Source: Bugula neritina (taxonomy: Eukaryota > Animalia > Bryozoa). Taken from it: DNA of 64,000 bases. A model generated the notes under the pieces. That model saw only the letters and a program-made list of their open reading frames with translations. It was not told the DNA's origin and ran no database searches. Both the position numbers and the translations under genes were made by a program. Of the stretch, positions 23,701 to 38,000 are shown piece by piece (position 1 is the stretch's first letter; every line of letters begins with the position of its first letter). Where the stretch lies: NCBI GenBank assembly GCA_964035545.1, contig OZ037767.1:11604581-11668580 (forward strand), written 5' to 3'.

Positions 23701-26700
23701 GTTATTGATAAGAAATTAAATGTTTCTCCTATTCATTAGTGATAAATTTTTTTCACAAGTTGTAATTTGATCAAAGATTTTATTACTGATAATCTCACAT
23801 AACATTCAATCTTTGGTTACACAACCAAAAAACCAGATAAAAGTTATGTAATATATTGTATAGAATAAATTTATAGAATAAATATTATTATTGTATATAT
23901 ATCTCTCACTATATATTTTGATGTCTACATTGCAGAAGCTAGTGTGTACAACTCTCAGACCTACTCAGCTCCCCTACATCTCTCTGTACAACTGGGATGG
24001 ATGTGCTGATTTCGTGGCAGATTATTTGAACTTTGAACCCCTCAATCCTCCAGTTGATTTGGTGAGTGAGTGAGTTGATCTGAGAGAGTTGGTCTGGTTA
24101 GTACTCTGAGTGAGTTGATCTAGTTAGTACTCTGAGAGAGTATATCTAGTTAGTACTCTGAGTGAGTATATCTAGTTAGTACTCTGAGAGAGTATATCTA
24201 GTTAGTACTCTGAGTGAGTTGATCTAGTTAGTACTCTGAGTGAGCTGATCTAGTTAGTACTCTAAGAGAGTTATGTATTGGTTTTAAGGTTAGGGTGAGG
24301 TAAAAACACATTTTTAGTCTAAACTAATGGCAAGAGTTGCAAACTATTGTTAAAGCAGAGTTATGCTTGCCTCTACTGATATTGATGGAGTTGATAAGGT
24401 TAATATTAAAATCCAATGAGTTTGTAAAACGGCCACCTTTATGCTAGAAAACTCTGTGACGATTGAATATAACTTTTTCAACTAAAATATTAGTTACGCA
24501 TTACACTAGCATCTTTTTGATCAGCAAGCGAGTAAAAGTTTCTCACAAAAACACCTCCGAGTTGGAGTGTCTAAAGTTGCCACTCAACTCTGGTTATGAT
24601 TTGGTTGTAGCCAGCTCGTCTGCGATCACCCATGACGGTGCTGAAGCAGCAGAGAGGCCACTGCTTTGAGTATGCCAACGTCTTGTGTTCTCTGCTCATA
24701 GCTCAGGGGTATGATGCCTACATTGTCAGTGGGTACGCCACTAGAGAGATCTGTCTGATGGACTCTACAAGGGAAATATGTCCATTGCTAATTGAAAAGA
24801 AAGAGGTAATGTTATATCATATTCTCTTTAAAATGTCAACACCTTGTATTCCTTCTCTTTCCATAGTGTCTAAGACAGCTTCTTACTATAGGAAAATTGT
24901 CAGTGACTGCAACTGGAATAATAATGTTGGTGAACTGTTTTAGTACTTGAATACTTTAGAGCTGTGAGTCAACAGCACTCATGGAATTTTACAGGAAAAA
25001 GTAGAAGAGAAAAAGAAGGAGGTTGGGAAGTATACGGTACGCCCGCCTAAGGATTTAAAGAGTAAATATGAAGCTAAGATGACTAAGCGGGCTGATGATA
25101 ATCGCTTGGCGGAGATTAAAAAGAAGCAGGAAGAAGAAGAGCAGAAACTGGCTGTGAGTATCACTTCCACTCCTCTAGTTAGCCTTTAGCAACATTTCTA
25201 TTGGTTTAATAACCTAGGGCAGGGTGGCTGGCTACTTTTTCATGGAAGTCAGCTGATGTGTTGAGTACAATGAGACTTTTGACAGCTCATAGATTTACAT
25301 TTTTTCAACATATAAAAGAAACTCTTCTTAACTCTATGACTAAAACCCGAACAGAATTTCGAAGTAAGTGTATGTCATATAATTGCCCCTCGGGAATTGA
25401 GCCTCAGACTTCTAACTTGCAAGCTAACGAGCTACCTATTACACTGTAGGGCTACTGGGAATTTTTTCGCTACAGTACAGCAATGGAGAAATTGAGAAAA
25501 ACCTGTTATGTTTTTAGATTAAAAATGTGGCAAAAGAAATTATGTTCTCACAAGATTTTTGGCCCAAACCAAAATTTATTAAGAAATTAAAGAACTTGGG
25601 CAATTTCAATTTTTTCACTACTTTTTCACCTAAAAACATTCCCATTAAAATAGCTATTGACAAAATAGTAATTTCTTGCTTAGAAATGAAATTGTAATTT
25701 CTCTGAATAAATACAAACTGAAAATTCATGCTCCGTGTTTGTTGGACAGGAGCTGGAGAAACCAGCCTGGGATCCTTTGCATGGCCTGAGAGTTCACGCT
25801 TGGGTGCTGGTACTGGAAGGAAAGAGGGAAATCTCGGAGAGCTTCTATATAGAGCCATTTACTGGTCAGGCTTATTCTCTGACCACCAAAGAGTTTCATG
25901 GTATTGAGAGCATCTGGAACCACCAGAACTACTGGGTGAACATGCAGCTCTGTAAGAATGGAGTGGTGGTGAGTCACCAAATAGTTACTAGGATTAAATG
26001 TTACAAGTTAGCTAATATAATGTTCTGAACCCACTGAAGTATACAAGACCCATGTGGGTAGGTGACTTTATGTTACATATGCATTGTGATCTCTTCGTTT
26101 GTTGAAACAGAAAGTCATGGTATTACTGCTATCATTTGCACAGTTTATATGATAACACCTCTTCTCAGTGTGAATTTCAGACCCGGAGAGACGGCTAACG
26201 TCTGCTTCTATTTGACAGGATTTGAAGTTTGACTTGGGTGACTGCAGTCTTTGGGAGTTTATGTTCCCGTCCTCTGACAAACCTCTTTTGTCTATTCCGG
26301 ATCTCGACGAAGATCTTGATATCGATGACGAGGATGAAGAGGAGGATGTTGAGAAACACCTGGATGTGCCGCCATCTTGGTGCGATCCTATCGAAGTAAC
26401 ATACAAAGGTTTGCAAAAATATTATGCGTTATACTGTGTAATCTAGATATTGTGAAGAAATAATTTGCGCCCAGTTTTAGTTGCTTTGTTGACGTCTGAA
26501 TGCCATAGTCATACCGTATGATGTCATAGTCATACCGTATGATGCCATAGTCATACCGTATGATGTCATAGTCGTACCGTATGATGCCATAGTCGTACCG
26601 TATGATGATAAATTCAGAGTTTGAGTCACGCTGTCCACTTGGCAAGAAGACTAAGTACTACAAGAGAGCTAAGCTGGAGCGGTTTGCCCCGTACCTGATG

Positions 26701-29700
26701 AAAGATGGATTAGTGGCCAGGCTGTCTGTGTACAATGACTATGAGTTGAAGGACATCAACCTAGTGAAGGAATTCTTTGAGAACAGAGAAGATCACTTGT
26801 ACCTTCGAATACACAACATGAAGAGTGGTTGGGTGACTGAGTACTTTCTAGAAGGCCGTTCTCATGCTGTTAAAGGTATGCTTATACTATACTAGTCTCG
26901 TTATATGCTTATATACTTTACTAGTCGCATTATAATTATGTTTATACTTTACTAGTCTTATTATATGTTTATATTTTACTAGTCTTATTATATGTTTATA
27001 CTATACTAGTCTCATTATATGCTTATACTCTACTAGTCTTATTATATGCTTATACTATACTAGTCTCACTGTATGCTTATACTACACAAATTGTTTGAAC
27101 ATCTCATTTGCTTTTCACTTTGACTGGGTAGTTGTGGCAGTACACTCAGCTATTACTCAGCTATTATTATATTGATATTATTCTACCTGATATTATCTAT
27201 ATTTCACCTGCCTGGCCTACAATATCATAAATGCACTTTTTGGTGATTTTACTCATTAACCAACTACTAACTGTAAACTTGCCGATACTTTTATAGTATT
27301 TCATAATTTTTCTAGATTCAACTTCATTTACTAACATTTGATTCACTAACAATAGCTACAGACAAATTCTCTTTTAATATTTACTGATAAAATAGGAGTT
27401 GCCTTATCTTCCTTATCAGTAGTTTATCTAGCACATATGAAATCAGGCTGTAGGATTGTTTTTATCTGTAACACTGCGTTACCATAGCTTCCCATTATGC
27501 AAATAGATGCCTCCTATGAATGGATTTGTGGTTGCGGTTTGCATTAACTTATGGTTGCCGTTTCATTTGATGCGACTGTTTCTAAACATTGAAGGAAGAA
27601 TTTATTTGCGTAATGTAAAGCTTAGAAAAGTAGTGGAAGAGTATTTGTTACGTAATCAAAGTGATTCTGTTGATTATCAGAACACACGTACCTGGCATCG
27701 TCCCCTGGAGCTGAGTCCGAGAGAGTCATGCTGTTCTACAACGAGGCAAGAGTAGACGGACTGAGTAAGAGAGAGGAAACTCCTCTGGAGATGACGGAGC
27801 ATTTCCAGAATCGCGAAGATTTTCTCTATTATCAGCACATAGACTTAGGACCTAAACCTAAGAAAGCTGGCCCCAAAGGGTCTGACTTGAACCCTCGCCC
27901 AATATATGTAAGAAGAATTGATGTGCTTCAACTATTTTACCATTACCTGCTATGCAATTTCAAATTAAGGCAATTACACAACATTGATTGTAATAATTAT
28001 TGCTCTTGGATGCTGTGTATAAGTTGTGAAATTATATCTTTTCGTACTTCCTCTGATTTTTTCTTTTGAGAAAAAGCTGTAATAGTTTGATTATGCCAAG
28101 TTCTGTGACTTTAGTTTATGGCCTTGAACAGCCTGGATGATGTTTCACATTGTGGTTTGTTGGCCTTCATAATGTATTAAATCTCTATACACTCAAAAGT
28201 CAGTCTTGTTATATTTAGTTTATGCTATTTTCAGATTTTCTCTGCCAGACATTCATGTGATCAGCACAGGTAACATAAGTTACCATTTGTTTTGTGAATA
28301 TTTGGACTAAATTGTAGTGTATGTTTTGTAGAAAATGGTACAAAAGTTTGCTCGAAATCTGGCAAAAAATGCCAACGAAGATGTGAAGGAGCTTGTATAC
28401 TGGATATCAGAAGAAAAGATACAGATAACGTACCACACAGGAGATCCTAAAATTATCTCTTCAACAAGAGAGTATATGAAGCCTCCGGGCGTTGAAGAGA
28501 AAGGGTCTCCCGTCATAATGACTTCGGACATGCACTCCACTTTCCAGGTCTAGAAGTCTGAAAAATATTGATAGTCTAAAGTTCGTTCAGAATTTTTGGG
28601 TTGAAATTATTACATTTCTGTATACGGAGTCAGCAAAACTTTTACTTTTAGTAAAATCTTTTTTTATAAATATCTGCAATGGTCTATACATATAAATTTA
28701 TTTCTATAACAAATTCAACATTGAGATTTGAAAAAATATAAGCACTCTTTTCGTTAAAAATTATAAAGGCTTGTGTACTTTTTATTTTCTTATCATGAGA
28801 CTGATTGTGGCAACACAAAAGTTAAAGTAAGTTCAATGGAGTACTTGTTGACAGGTTGACCCGGCTAGTAAGGGGAAGAAGAACTTGGAGCTCTATCAGC
28901 TGCTCTGTCAGCTGCTGAAAGATGAAGACGCGTGCTGTAACAAAGTGAGAGAAAGCGAGGCGGAAGTTCGCACTATACTGAAAGAGAGGCTGGAAGAGGA
29001 AACCCGAAGTCTGCTCAAGATATCAGTCTATGATACGGACAGGAACGAGAGGGCCAAGAAACACAGACGAGAGCTGGTAAGTGGTTTATGTAGGCAACCA
29101 GCGTGATCTCTAACCACCCAGTAGGCCATCATGCGGATGTTGACATTCTGTATAAGATATTTTAATTCTCCTCTGGTTTATTTTGCCAAAAGCTTTATTT
29201 TCTAATATATAAATTAAATCAACATGATGTTCTAAGCTTCACTGACCTGTTTTTGTCAAAAGTTAAAGTCGTCTGCTCTTTTTTTAACATGCAACAACCA
29301 GGCTTAGAGTTAGCTTGTTTTTCCCACAACACACTACTAGTTGGTCAAATGGTCACTTGAAGATAACGAAATATAAACAACTTGCTTATTTATTTACTGC
29401 ATAATATATTGTGGAATCTTGCATGCTATAATAATATATAGTAATCAGATATCTTATAAATCATGAATAAATACGGATCTGATACTTTTGATATGGTTTG
29501 ACAGGAGAGACAACTTCTAGAAGAGAAAATGAGACGTGAAGAGATGGAGGTGGATTTCCTGGCTCCCTTCTTGGCTCAGATGGGAGATCCAGAGAAGCTG
29601 ACTAAGGAACAAGCCTTCACTCTTAAAGATCAGTGTCTGGCCGACCTGAAGCAACGGCTGATTGACAAAGCTAATCTCATACAAGCTCGGTTTGAAAAGG

Positions 29701-31188
29701 TATAATACTGCAATGATATTATGTAATGTTATAATGTAATGTTCTTTTATACTATTGTAGATGTTGAAACTTTATTATACCTGCCCAGAATTAGGAACTG
29801 AAAAAGCGGGCTTGCTAAGCATGTATATATGTGTTAGGTTGTTGCTAATGGCTGTTCTTGGTAAATGTTTACACTTTTGACTACTCCACTGTTGATATTG
29901 TAACTCCTAATGCTTTAAAACATGTTGTATTTCTGAAATAGTTTATCAAAAAACACACAACACAATGTTCGCAAAACAAAACTCACCAAAAAATGTAATT
30001 CATTATCATTCTAAGAGAACTTGAATTGTGAACCGTAAGAACATAAATAAATATAAGTCAGGCGTATTAATATTGACTCTGCTATCACTTTTGATGGACT
30101 TTAAAACTTACTGCTAGAATAAAATAGATGGAAGCAGTGAAAGCGTTGCCATAGTTACTGTTACATTGTGGTTCTGTTGATCAGAAGAGTAGTCCTACAG
30201 TTTGCTATATTTAATAACTTAATCATATGGCTGCAGCACACAGAAATATGTCTTACTATTCACCTGTGCAACTGTCTACAGCTCAATATATGCTCCAGTC
30301 TCTCAGCTTTCAGCTGACTTGTTTATCAATTTTTGTTTGTTATCAATCTATGTATTCCAGTAGTGAATCTTATGAACTAAGCTGTGTCTATTGATAGTTT
30401 TAACGAGACACTTTTTAAAACTTTTTCTGACTCTGATGGAATTTAGATTCCTAATATTTTTTATTTTTGCTCAAATAAAACTGTACATGTTTGAGTTTCT
30501 ATATAATTTTCTGGCAGGAAACCGCCGAGCTAACTAAAAAGCAGCAATGGTACCAACAGAACCAAGTTTCTATGTTGAAAGATGATGAAGAAGATTATGT
30601 ATCCTACTGCACTGAGGCTATGTTCAAAATACATATATTAGAGCTGAGGCTACAGGTTAGTTTAATACATCAGTTGTGTGAAGAGAGATAACTCCTTAGT
30701 ATAATGTTTGTATTTTGAATATGTAAGCCGGGATGTAATTATTGTAAACAATGAGAGCTTGCAATAGAGTAATAGCTTCAATACCTAGTATGTCTAAGTA
30801 CTCCTATATGTAATATGATGTAATATAATATAAAATATTTGTATTATGATGAACAAAATTGGAATATAGTGTTGGTAATTTCCTATCATAAATGACATCT
30901 AAAATTTGTATTTTTTCAATCACCGTAAACTTTGCTACTTGTAAAATCTTTGCCCTTATTTTTGGTCATCGCTTTTCCAATTTTAATTTGCCAGTGTACA
31001 CATTTTCAAGAATATGAATATAATAGACACAATGCAACGGCATTTATATAAATATTATATTACACACGAAAATTCACTACTTTGTAATTCTGTTATAGAG
31101 ACACAAAGAAAAGGCTCCTTATATTTACATGGAGTTAGACAAGAAGTTGCGAGCTGATAGAAGACTTTCTGAATATCTCACTGGATAG
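20731..31188 (+). CDS. DRC7: Dynein regulatory complex subunit 7 (CCDC135/FAP50/lobo), 15 exons, ~895 aa
   Basis: Exons 20731-20824, 22498-22684, 23484-23655, 23936-24061, 24611-24805, 24995-25153, 25750-25968, 26219-26408, 26618-26875, 27681-27907, 28332-28547, 28855-29076, 29505-29699, 30518-30655, 31099-31188 join in frame. Motifs: AENFRRQY, VCTTLRPT, transglutaminase-like GHCFEYANVLCSLL..GYDAYIVSGYA, DPLHGLRVHAWVLV, ESIWNHQNYWVNMQ, DFLAPFL, RLIDKANLIQARFEKE. Confidence 0.94.
21877..22033. mobile_element. MITE with TA TSD (Tc1/mariner-type ends); degenerate relatives at ~5680-5838 and ~11160-11280, fragments at ~25475 and ~57365
   Basis: TA|GGTGCAGTAGTGGAGTAGTTGAAATAGCCT ... AGGCTTTTTTCAATTTCTCCATTACTGCACC|TA. 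Internal GAGAGCATAAC(T/C)TCTTTTGCTA is shared with ~11228. Confidence 0.72.
22716..22790. repeat. 18-bp minisatellite x4 (ACACCATATTACAACTTT)
   Basis: Direct reading; DRC7 intron 2. Confidence 0.9.
24062..24272. repeat. 26-bp minisatellite x~7 (TCTGAGTGAGTTGATCTAGTTAGTAC)
   Basis: Direct reading; starts at the DRC7 exon 4 donor. Confidence 0.9.
25384..25451 (-). pseudogene. Degenerate tRNA-like sequence or SINE head
   Basis: Reverse complement GCCCTACAGTGTAATAGGTAGC..TTGCAAG..GGCTCAATTCCCGAGGGGCAA has a tRNA-sized layout with degenerate A/B boxes and GCCC/GGGC acceptor-like ends, but the stems are broken. Confidence 0.4.
26500..26607. repeat. 21-bp minisatellite x5 (GCCATAGTCATACCGTATGAT)
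   Basis: Direct reading; ends ~10 bp before the DRC7 exon 9 acceptor. Confidence 0.92.
26877..27084. repeat. ~27-bp minisatellite x~7-8 (TATGCTTATACTATACTAGTCTCGTTA)
   Basis: Direct reading; starts within the DRC7 exon 9 donor. Confidence 0.88.
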
Positions 31189-32091
31189 AATGTCTACACA
31201 TACAGTGTAGCCAATCAAATAACATGCCGTGTATTATCTTTTTGCTTCATGTGTATTTTTACTTTAGTATTCCGTCCACAAAGTTTGTGATTTTGAGTTG
31301 TTTATTTAACAAAATAAAAGACTGGTAATAATATTCTATAAATAGTTTTGTTGTTTATCTTCTGGCATTAGCTAGGAACTAAGGTCTATAAATTTAGACT
31401 TGACTTGAGCATATATGCATCATCTTTTGAGCTAAATAATATACAGGTTATGTTCATATATGAGTATATATATTAACTTAATCATTAAATTTTGAGTAGC
31501 TTTCAGCATACTGTTATCTAATTTTATCTACCATTTACTACTACTATTACTACTACTATTTTTTTTAGTAAATTTAAATCAAACTATGTTTAGCTGAAAA
31601 CTCAGAATTTTCAACTATTTTGTTTATGATTATCATTGCAGTTTATGGTCTGCTGGTGAGTGCTTTCTCTGCATGTATTTTATTTTATAGAAATAAAAGT
31701 CTACGCAAAAGTTAGCTCTTTGATTGAGCAACTTCATTAAAATCTGCACTCATTAGTTTTGCATTGTGTAATAATGGAACTTGAAGTATCTTCAACGATA
31801 TAATTAGGAGTTGTTTCCTTTATTAAACATGCGTAGCCTATTTCTTACTAAAATTAGTCGTAACGTATTTGTGACGAGCTGTAGTTTTAAAAGACGCTTT
31901 TTACATGCATCATCACTTAGTAACATATTCAAGATGGCGACTGGCAGGTTACTTCACTTGGAACTGAAAATGTAACAAAATTGCCAGAAATCTGGTTAAA
32001 TAATTAAAATGACATTATTTTAGAATAATTTAGTTTTTGTTAATTATAAATTTCTAAAAAAGTTGATTAATAATTCGATCAAGAATTTTCC

Positions 32092-35000
32092 ATGGCGTCG
32101 ACTACAAGTCCAAACGTTATAAGTCCTGAAAAAATTAGGAGGAATCAGTCATCTGAGATACTACTGCAGCTTGAAAACACCCTAGATAGAACTAAGACTT
32201 CAGAACGCAAACGTTAGTCAATTACTTTTGGCACTATGTAGAATTTGCTGTGTAGTGTTCTACACTAGCCAAGTTTATTTAAATTTAATGTGGCGATTTT
32301 CACTCTCACTCTGATGTATATTAATATTATCCTTTTAAAGTTTTTTATTTAACAATTCATCTATTAATTTTTTAGCTTTGCCAGACATAAGAAAATCAAA
32401 GACGATGGAGATTGCTCGCATAAACAATGATTTTCTACCTGACGAAGTAATGGCTGCATTGACCCAACCAGCTGAAATTGCTACTAGAACTTTAGTGCCA
32501 TCTAGGGAGCAGTCATTGGGCATTAGCACGGTCAGTCAAGTGCATAGATAATTGCCTACAATAGCAAAGAGCTAAGTTTCAAAAGTATATGCCATTATGT
32601 TTAAAATGCTCCTTTTTAGTTGTATTATATTTCATTTGCATAAAGTAACTAAATATTGGAAAGATATGAATGAAATATGGCGCCCATTGTATTACCACTA
32701 AGTAACTACTTTAGTCTATCACAAATTATCTGAATTGAATTTTTTCTGGTTTACAACACTAAATTTATGACTTTAGCTGTCAACTAGCAAGAATATAGAT
32801 CTATTTTGACTGCTACAAATAAAATAAGTCATAGATGTATTTCTAATATATAAAACGTGTATTAAAATATACTTTAAGTAACTATGATTTTTCAAATGAC
32901 TAATTAAACGTTTTTAACATCAAAACCTAAATAAATTCTCAAAATATTATGTGTTTATTATTACTTAAGTAGTTTAATAAATAATATATTTAAATACAAC
33001 ATAGCAGATTACACAAATATATTTTGCTCCAACAGACTGCCAGTCGAAAACCGCCAGCTAATGTATGGAATCATAAAAGCAGACGTGATCGACTCAAGCA
33101 TCTGACAGACCAAGCAGTATGTTTCTGTGGTGCTGGCAGGTAAATTACTTCTACCAGTGATGCGATAAGATTGATTAAATTTAGGCAATACTGCAAGCTT
33201 ACAATAAAGTTCCCAAATTAAACTATTTAAATTGAATTTATAAAATAAGCTCTAGAACTTTACCTTGCAGTTTGATTTCTCGTTTGTTTGTTTGTCTCTA
33301 TCAGGGGATACTTATAGTTACTAGTCTTAAGTTTGCATCTACAATCTACTGTATTAAATAATCTAATTTCACTATATAAACATCAGCTTTTTTTGAAAGC
33401 AGCTGTGCTCTAATGGATAGATTGCTGGCTTAGTAATCACAAGTTCAGTGGTTCGAATCTCAGAAAAGGTCATTGGTGATGTTAAGAAGGGCATTAAGTC
33501 ATAATTGCTTCTTTGCCATAGGTAATAGAAAACAAGTCTCTAGCCCACTTTAACAAAACTTTGTTATCAGGGGATGGGAACCATAAACCTGCCTGAATGA
33601 TTTTTGAATTATTGAAGTCTTATACTTTATAAACAAATTCTTAGCCTACTTAAGACCCATAGAAACGGGAATGGTGACTGTGAACCCAGGAGAGTTTATT
33701 AACATCTGTTCTGTTAACTTCTAGAGACATATCTTTCCTGTATGATGTGCCGGCTCCTGAGGAGCCACAACCGACAGCCATTATTAAAAAAGATCTTTCA
33801 AAGTCAAGAGAAGCTCCAGCAATAAAGAAGCCACTTGAGTTACCAAATTCCTTGGTGCCAGATGAATATCACATTGTTAAGAACAAAGGTGTGCTGGGCT
33901 TGGAGTATCATGAAAGGTTAATATAACACTTGCTAAAGCTTCTAAATTCTCCTATTCCTTTTAGATCTAAATCTTCTTTGAATTTAAACTTATATTGTTA
34001 GGGTGCATCTTGACTATGAAGTTTTGCATTCAAGTAAATGTTTGACTGCTGTAAAGTTTGGATAAACATCTATAACAGTTTTGTTTGATATTTTTATTCT
34101 TTTTTAATTAAATTATTTTTTACATGACACAATAGTATTAGTATGCTGTTTTAGAAATAGGTATAGATGCTAATAAAATAGAAAAAAGTTGTGCAGTTGG
34201 CTTATCAAAATTAATTTATTATGAATTAATAGAAATTAACTAATACATTGAAATTAATTAATTTAAACAGATTAATTAAAAATGGTAAAAGTTAATTAGT
34301 AATTAAGTAAAATACATTGTTCTCAGATTTTAAGGACTATAAAAAATAAATTTCCAAACTGCTTAATCTAATACTTTAGTGTTCAGAAGTTTTGCAAATT
34401 AGCCATTCAGAAAGGTGCTAAACGGCTCCAGTTTATAGAGAAGTAAGTATGCTGCTTTGAGCTCCACTGCCACTTCTCTTCTCATTGATCTCTTACCTGT
34501 TCAATTTATACCTGTTCCAGCAATTGTTTTTGTTAATTTAAAACTGCTATTTGAGATGTGGTATCCTGTAAGTAAAAATAATTCATTTATTTTGTTCAAG
34601 CTCCTTTTGTTCATTTTTTGTTTATACAAAATGTGTTTTCAGTTTAAATTATGGATCTAAAAATAAAGGAATTCAATGAAATAAACACAAAATAGCTTTC
34701 AAAAATTCAGAATAATTGATTAGGCACTAAAGTATATTATAGCAAGCGATGTGATCATTCGCAGGGTAAGTTTTTCTGTTCTAAAGCTCTTCCCATGCTT
34801 TGTGCACAAACTATGCTATACTATAGGAAACTGATTAAGGTTGCAATAATTAGCATTGGAAACTCACATAAGTACGAGACAGCACCATAGTAATGTGATT
34901 TGTGTATAATTTCTGCTTTTAGTGACTACACTACACAGCCCGAAGACCACGAAGCTCATCTTACTGTCTTCCCATCAATGTAAGTGTTTAAGTGTTTACT

Positions 35001-38000
35001 TACACTGTAAGTGTTCAATGTGGGAATTGCTTCATACAGCACAACATTAGGGGTCATGACCTGCAGTAGTTCGAGGATGGTGGGTTGGAGATCAGACAAC
35101 GATGCATATGCAAATACTGCACTCAATGACCTAAAAATTTGTGCTGCATTTATTGGTCCCCATTTTTAAAGAATCTGTCACACCGACCATGCTACAGATG
35201 CTTCATTAAGTTAGATGTTTTTCACCATTCCACCTGACTACTCAGCTATAAATATAAAACTTGCAGGAATCCCACAAGCAGATATGAGGTTTTGAGGCTA
35301 AAAGAAGTTATGGAAGACTTAATGGAGAAGTCGGGGGTTAATGATGAGGCGATTGAATCCGTTGGTCCCACTCAGGTTAGAGTTTCAGGCTACCAAAAAT
35401 GATTGGCTTGAGTCTGTTTATCAATTTATAATGATGACCTGTTATCAGTGTATGGGCTAAGCCTTGATTTTACATTACTTTCATACTATATCATTTTGAT
35501 AATTTTGTTTTTTTTAATTATGTATAAAACAAAGTCATCCAGCTACTGTTTATAAATTCACATTACAATTGAAAATTTAAAACTGAAATTTTTTAGCCTT
35601 AACACTGTCTTTTTCTGAAGCTCAATTAGTGTTGATTCATCTTTTTGGCTTATGCATAGAATTATAAAACTTTTATATTTCTACTTTTTTGGTAGAAATA
35701 GCAAAACGTAAAATGCAGTATTTCGCACTTGACATGCATTGTTTTGCGATTATTATATAAATCTATAGTTGAGCTATTTAATCGTTTAACTTACAGATGC
35801 ACAACCTAATTGAGTTGATAAAGAAAGAGCAAAAAATTTACAACATAATATTCCATGAGTTGATTCGCCAAGCAACCATAGAATGTACAGAGAGGGGAGA
35901 ACTCCTTGCAGATATCAGACAAAAGTATTCCAATCTCTTGAGCAAAGTTCCAAAGCAGATTAGAGGGTAGGCTGGCATAAAATAGAACTAGCAGTTTAAA
36001 ATTTCTTGGTGATAAGCTCGTAGCGCTTTGCAGCAGATCTGTTATGAGAAACTGAGAGCTCAACTTGAAAGATTCAATCTCTTGTTGATTCAATTTACTT
36101 TTAACCTATTATTTGACTCTTTTGACCTTTAGTCACATGTAAAAGTGTGTTGCAATAATCTCACCAACAATTATTTTTGAAGAAAATTTGTAACCTATAA
36201 GCAATTCTTATCACTAGATGAAAACTTGCCTATTTCCAACAACATATTGTTATGTAGAGATATATTCTATGAAAGAAAAAAATTCAATAGAAGCATTATT
36301 TAAATACTGTTTCAAATAAACACTGTATGCTCCAATATGAGGCTTTTGCTGTCTTGTACCAAGAAATTTGATTTTGTGATTCAGAATTATGCAAAATAGA
36401 TGATGTAAATCATGAGGTTTCTTTAGTGTAGAAAAGGGTTTGGTGAGAGGAGAACTTTAACGCATAAAGTCAATGTTGCTGTTCATTGTAGATTACATGA
36501 TGAGGTGATGGCTCAGAGGGCTCTAGACAGAAGACTTACAGAGGAACTGTTTAGATTCAAGCAGCAAATCGTAGCTCTTACCAAGTAAATTGTTGGGTTC
36601 TTATTAAGTAGTTAATTACTAATTAATAGTTTGCTAAGAAAAAGTTTATCACTAAAAGGTTTAGAAATAACAAGTTATAATATTCTTATTTTAACAATTT
36701 GAAAAAAATAAACTGAGAATTGTATTCTAGCTCTCTTGAGATACAGAAACAATACAATTTGGCAAATTGGGTAATCTTGATCAAAATATTTAGATTGTAT
36801 TTCTTCTTTGAAATGTGATAACATTATTAACTCTAATTTTCTGTGCATACAGTGAGCTGACGGAGGTGAAAGAACATGATAAGCAGGTGACAGAACAGGC
36901 CAAAAGAGCTCAGGAAGATGTAAGCCAACCTCAGTTTATTCCATAGAGTGTGTTTAAGTCATTGTGATTTTCATATTGGTACCAATACAGAGTAATAGAT
37001 TCTATTTGCACTAAGGTGTGACAGGAATACAATATCAATATAATACTTTGCTTTCTAGTTGAGATCTGCACTAATGGAGTCACAGAAGAACGCTAGTCTA
37101 TTGGGAGAGTACCATGACCTCTACGAGCTTCAGAGACAGAGACTCGAGAAGTTGGTAGCCATTTTGACATCTGAGAAAGAGCTCTGGTCTACAGCCACAT
37201 ACAGTCTCTCTATAAAAGTAAGCAATTCTGAAACTGACATAATATTTTTAGCATTAAGCTTAAAGCATATTTACTTTACAGTTAGCCCAGAATAGCTACA
37301 CTGGCAGTACATACTTACAATGCTGGTCGCACATGTTGTTTCTATTGAACACCTTTTTCAAGATAGTAAAATAAATAATTGCGTAACGGTGATGTTCCAG
37401 AGTATATAAAGTTTTACAACTTTTTATATTCTGTAGGTGGTGGAGGAGGGTAACATGGTGACCGCCCGCAGAGCATATATCGCTGAGAAAGCTTGGTCTA
37501 AGTTGACTCACCATTTTGCTGTGTTGCTTAGCGACAAAGACACTGAGGTGTTGACAAAGTTGCAGCAACATATGGAAAGCTGGAGAGATCAAATGGAGTC
37601 CTTCCACATTAATATAAAGCAGATTGAAGAGGATGTTGAGGATGCACTAAAGAATATCAAATCTAATATTGTGCGATGGATTGACGACTTTAAAAAGAAT
37701 TGTTTGTAAGTTTACTTGAATCATTAGCCTATAGCCACAGGGTAATAAGCTGGCATGTAGTGGCAGGTACTCATTTATGACACATGCAATACAGTGTTCA
37801 AAGATATATTGTAAGCTGGCATGTAGTGACAGGTACTATTTGTGACACAGAAAGTTGTAGGAATGTATATTATAACTTTGACCATTTATCATTTTATGTT
37901 GTAAAAACTGAATGTCAACAAATTCAACTACTTACTTTCCCATCAAGTTAACACTTTGTGACTGAGAATTTTAAAGCCTTTTCAACATTTCTATACAGTA

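Noticed and set aside
25384-25451. Functional tRNA gene
   Set aside because: Stems and B-box are degenerate; kept only as a low-confidence tRNA-derived remnant.
24062-27084. Regularly spaced 21-27-bp repeats as a CRISPR-like array
   Set aside because: Units are head-to-tail with no unique spacers, there are no cas genes, and the context is eukaryotic introns.
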